A DNA stretch of 64,000 bases from the human T2T-CHM13v2.0 reference genome, Homo sapiens, in assembly GCF_009914755.1 (NCBI RefSeq), contig NC_060947.1. One strand, given 5' to 3'. Made by a program: the position numbers and the translations under genes. Below, in pieces: positions 59,513 through 64,000 of the stretch. The stretch's first letter is position 1, and each line of letters starts with the position of its first letter. The notes beneath the pieces were generated by a model. That model searched no databases. It was not told the origin of the DNA and saw nothing but the letters and a program-made list of their open reading frames with translations.

Positions 59513-61800
59513 TCACAGACCTGCTTTTGATTCTTGGCTTTGTTACTTAGTGGGTGACAATCTGTGGGTTACTTAACCTCTCTCATGATAACTCCCATGA
59601 TAGAAAGTAAGCTTCATGAGGGCTGACATTTTTGTACCTTTTGTTTACTGTTATATTCCTAATTAATCAATATTTGATTACAAATAATAATATTTGTTGT
59701 TGAATGAGCAATAACTTCAGAAGGCTGTTGTAAGAATTAAATGAAATAATATATGTAAAATGTTCAGTACACTTCCTGGCACATAGTGGGTGAGAAATGT
59801 TAGTTATTTAACTTATTTTTCTATTAATTGTAGAACTCCTAAGAATAAATTAAATGGTAAATCTTAAAGTGGTACTGTTTCAAGTGGGTCTCTCTTCGAA
59901 ATCAGAGGACAGTTTGGTATGGGTATGGAGTTACCTTGAATTGAGTGGCCCTCAATTGGAGGGGCACACAAGAACGCAGCACAACCATCTTCCCCTCTCA
60001 TAAGTTGCTGAGACTGGCTCCCTTGTTTCTGGCACCCCAGAGACAAAGGCTGGGTGAACACTGCTGCTGAGATGCCAAAGAAGAAAATGAGGGTTTAGGG
60101 TGAAGTGGGGTAAGGAGAGCAGATATTTAGGCATTTGGTAGGCAGCTCTTTAGGTCTGAAAGGAACAAAATATGTGTCACTGTGATGTACTAACACCAGG
60201 CCTGGCAGGAGAATTAGGGGGTTTGGATTTTTGAGGATCTACCATGGGCCAAGTGTCAACCATTGGACTTAGAGATTTACATATATTCTAATTTGTCTTC
60301 ACAATTTCCCTGCAAAGTAGATATTATCCCCATTTTACAGATGAGAAACAGCCTCTGAGAGATTAAATAACAGGTTATAAGTAGCAGAACTGGGATTTAA
60401 ACCAAAATTTATCTTGACTCCAAAGCCTGGGACCTGAAACAACATGGATTTTATTTAATTTCCTTATAAATTCTAGCCCTTCTGGTAATCGTGAGAACAG
60501 CTAATAAAAATTTTGGGCTCATGTAATGTTTTCGTTTGTTGTTTTTTTTTTCCTGACACATAACTGCTAAGCATTTACATTATCACCATGTCCTGTTCTG
60601 TTGTTTTAACTGGCAAATTGGAGGTACCAAACAGTTTTTCTGAGAAATGTAAAATTTTCTAAATTATATGCCTGTGCATTTTTATAATTTGCAGTGGCAA
60701 ATTATAAAACGCAATAGCAATTATGCTATTTGTAGTTTGTTACATTTGGCAAGATATGTGGTGGGGTGAGTGGTTGGGAGAGATGTGAGGGTGTGTATGT
60801 GTGTGTGCATATATACATATATAATTTGTGTATATACATACACACATGAAAATAGTGGGAAACACCCAAGTCAGTAAAATGGACAAACACATTGAGGAAA
60901 ATGGCTTTAAAGGTTTCTAACAAAAATAATGTAATTCTTGTGCTAAGTATTAGACTAGTATATTTCACTCTACTTCTAAGCCATGCCAGTCATTTTTATA
61001 AACTCATACTGTTGTTTGCAACATAATAAAGGCAGAAAATGCAGTTGGTTCATCAAAGTCACTCCCTTTGTCATAACTTTATATGGAGGGATATTACACT
61101 ATTGGTGCCAACTTTATAGAAGGACAGGCTGTTGCTTGGATGTTTGCATGTATATGTATAATGGTGCAGCAAGAATTATGTTAGGACTCTCATGGGTACA
61201 TTCTATTTAGACTATGAGAAGACAAGAGCTCGGATTATAGAGCTAAACTGCATGGCTTTGAATTGTTGTTCTCACAGTAGCTTTGTGACCTTGAATAAAC
61301 TACATAGGGAAACTGAGGCTCACAGTTGATGTGAAAAGTGGAAAAAATAACAAGCTGTGTAATTCATAGGGTGGTTATGAGAATAAAATACTTGCGAAGT
61401 ATTTAGAAAAGTTCCTGGCTTACAGAAAGTGTTCAATAAGTGTTAGCTGCTGTGTTTGTTATTGTTGATTACTGTTGTTATTTTTACTGCCAGAAATAAT
61501 AGTAGTAGTAGTTGGAGGAGGAGGAGGAAGAGGAGGAGGAGGAGGATTATAGGTGTGTCACAGACTGAAAATGAGTGGGGAGGCAATGTCCTATAGTGCA
61601 AAATTTTAGCTTTAGAGGCTGAAAGGCCTGGGTTTGATTACTGCTTTTATTATTTATCAGCTGTGTGACTTAAAACTTAACCTAGTTGTTCTTTCATGAG
61701 TAAAGTGAATAAAATAATATACGAATGATTACATTTCAGTATTATTGTGAAGACCACATTGAAGTCACATATATAAAAATACTTGATAAGCTGAAATACT

Positions 61801-61889
61801 ATACGTTATATGTGTATATTGCTATTTGCCAACTCTCTTAAAAAGAACCAAAAAGAGTTGGCAAATAGCAACATACACACATAGCGTAT
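61801..61889. repeat. Inverted repeat: 36-bp arms (33/36), 17-nt loop
   Basis: Arms at 61801-61836 and 61854-61889. The inner 18 bp (TTGCTATTTGCCAACTCT) pair perfectly. Confidence 0.93.
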
Positions 61890-62671
61890 TTATATGTTTT
61901 ATTCTTATAAAGAACCAAGGAGAATTGAAAATGACTTATAAAAATGACAAAACATTTATATTGTCAAAATTGGTATAATATGAAGATAAACCCAGAGTAG
62001 AAAGCTTTGAATTATTATTATATCATTTATTATTTTCTTTGTGCTATGATATACACTGTAAAAATCTTGCCTCATTTACTCCTTTCAACACCTCTTTAGG
62101 TCTAAGGCAGGAACTTGATTTAATTCAAGTTTTGAAATATTACTATAGCTTCAATGTAAATACCTCACAGAAAACAAAACAAAACAAAGCAAAACTGAAG
62201 TTCAGAGAGGTTAACTTGCCTGTGTTCACAAAGCCAGTAAGCCAGTAAGCTACATAGCCAGGACTGGAATCTAGCCCTGATTTCAAAGCCTCTTAACTGA
62301 ACTTGAAAGATGGCAGTGGGAGGTGAAAAGATTTTGAGAAAATACTATAAGGGATGAGTGGAAGCTAGACATTATTGAAGATACTCTAAATAAATGTTGT
62401 TTCTTCTCCTATTTTCGACCTTAGTAAAAATGTTCTTAAGGAAAATCTAAACCTAGTCAATAACCTGAGGGAGCCAAGGAATGTAATATAAGCCCAATGA
62501 GAGCAAAGACTATTTCTTCTTTACCACTGTATTCCCTGTGACTAGAACAGTGCCTAGCATATAGCAGGCCCTCAACAAATAATTATTACTTTTATGTATA
62601 AAATACATCAAAACATATATGGTAAAAAAAAAAGACCTAGTCATATTTTTAGATTCTTTTTACTTAGAGTT

Positions 62672-64000
62672 CTTTTTTTTTCTTCTCTTCAACTTTTATT
62701 TTAAATTTAGGGGGACATGTGCAGGATGTGCAGATTTGTTACATGGGTAAACATGTGCCACGGTGGTTTGCTGCACAGATCATCCCATCACCTAGGTATT
62801 AAGCCCAGCATCCATTAGCTATTCTTCCTGATGCTCTGACAACTCTAGTAAGAGTTGTTTGTTTGTTTATTTTTTTCTTGTAAATTTGTTTAATTTCCTT
62901 GTAGACTCTGGATATTAGACCTTTGTCAGATGGATAGCTTGCCAACATTTTTATCCCATTCTGTAGGTTGTCTGTTCACTCTGTTGATCCTTTCTTTTGC
63001 CATGCCGAAGCTCTTCAGTTTAATTAGATCCCATTTGTCAATTTTTGCTTTTGTTGCAATTGCTTTTGGCATTTTAGTCATGAAATCTTTGCCCATTTCT
63101 ATGTCCTGAATGATATTGCCCAGATTTTCTTTTAGGGTTTTTATAGTTTTGGGTTTTACATTTAAGTCTTTAATCCATCCTGAGTTATTTTTTGTATATG
63201 GTGTATGGAAGGTGTCCAATTTCAATTTTCTGCATATGGCTAGCCAGTTCTCCCAGCACCATTTATTAAATAGGGAATCGTTTCCCCATTGCTTGTTTTT
63301 GTCAGGTTTGTTGAAAATCAGATGGTTGTAGGTGTGCAGTCTTATTTCTGAGTTCTCTATTCTGTTCCATTGGTCTATGTGTCTGTTCTTGTACTGGTAC
63401 CATGCTGTTACTGTAATCTTGTAGTATAGTTTGAAGTTGGATAGCATGAGGCCTCCAGCTTTGTTCTTTTTGCTTAGGATTGTCTTGGCTATTTGGGCTC
63501 TTTTTTGGTTCTATATAAATTTTAAAATAGTTTTTTTTTTCTAATTTTGTGAAGAATGTCAATGGTAGTTTAATGAGAGTAGTGTTGAATCTATAAATTA
63601 CTTTGTGCAGTATGGCCATTTTCAAGATATTGATTCTTCCTATCCATGAGCATGGAATGTTTCTCCATTTCTTTGTGTCCTCTCTGATTTCCTTGAGCAG
63701 TGGTCTGTAGTTCTTCTTGAAGAGGTCCCTCACTTCCCTTGTTAGCTGTATTCCTAGGTGTCTTATTCATTTTGTAGCAATTGTGAATGGGAATTAATTC
63801 ATGATTTGGCTCTCTGCTTGCCTGTTGTTGGTGTATAGCAATGCTAGCAATTTTTGCACATTGATTCTATATCTTGAGACTTTGCTGAAGTTGTTTATCA
63901 GCTTAAGAGCTTAAGGAGCTTTTGGGCCGAGATGATGGGGTTTTCTAGATATAGGATCATGTCATCTGCAAACAAAGATAATTTGACTTCCTCTCTTCCT
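62672..64000 (-). mobile_element. L1PA (mid-age) 3' part with an internal deletion; runs off the window
   Basis: Poly(T) tail and 3'UTR at 62672-62837. Minus ORFs 62926-63447 and 63302-63733 are L1 ORF2p ([45 protein letters not shown]), frameshifted. Confidence 0.93.

Noticed and set aside
62926-63733. 173-aa and 143-aa ORFs as a gene
   Set aside because: Frameshifted L1 ORF2p remnants.

Overview
Eukaryotic, primate DNA, recognisable as the human X-linked ectodysplasin A (EDA) 5' region (Xq13.1 from recall). The only protein-coding gene is EDA on the + strand. It has a TATA-less GC-box/CpG-island promoter (TSS ~35480), a 242-nt 5'UTR with two uAUGs, and coding exon 1 (35722-36117; cytoplasmic tail, transmembrane helix and start of the stalk) ending at CAG|GTGAGT. 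Intron 1 then runs past the window end. Two short-isoform endings are visible: intron read-through ([15 protein letters not shown]) and a 51-nt stop-containing exon at 40309-40359 (ACFPQVLLSL*). Most of the rest is nested transposon debris: L1M/L1MA/L1PA, L2, CR1/L3, MIR, Alu (including a young AluYd8-like copy), MaLR/ERV LTRs, MER5, MER102 and Tigger3. All other listed ORFs are TE remnants or chance ORFs. I found no evidence of a new multi-gene system. The best leads are small: an orphan retroposed polyadenylated fragment with TSDs (43073-43544), a 36-bp-stem intronic hairpin (61801-61889), an intronic poly(A) signal plus G-quadruplex, a poison-exon-like cassette, an in-frame uORF, and several templated-insertion scars. 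Repeat subfamily names and isoform identities come from memory of consensus sequences, not from a database search. Repeat boundaries without TSDs are approximate.
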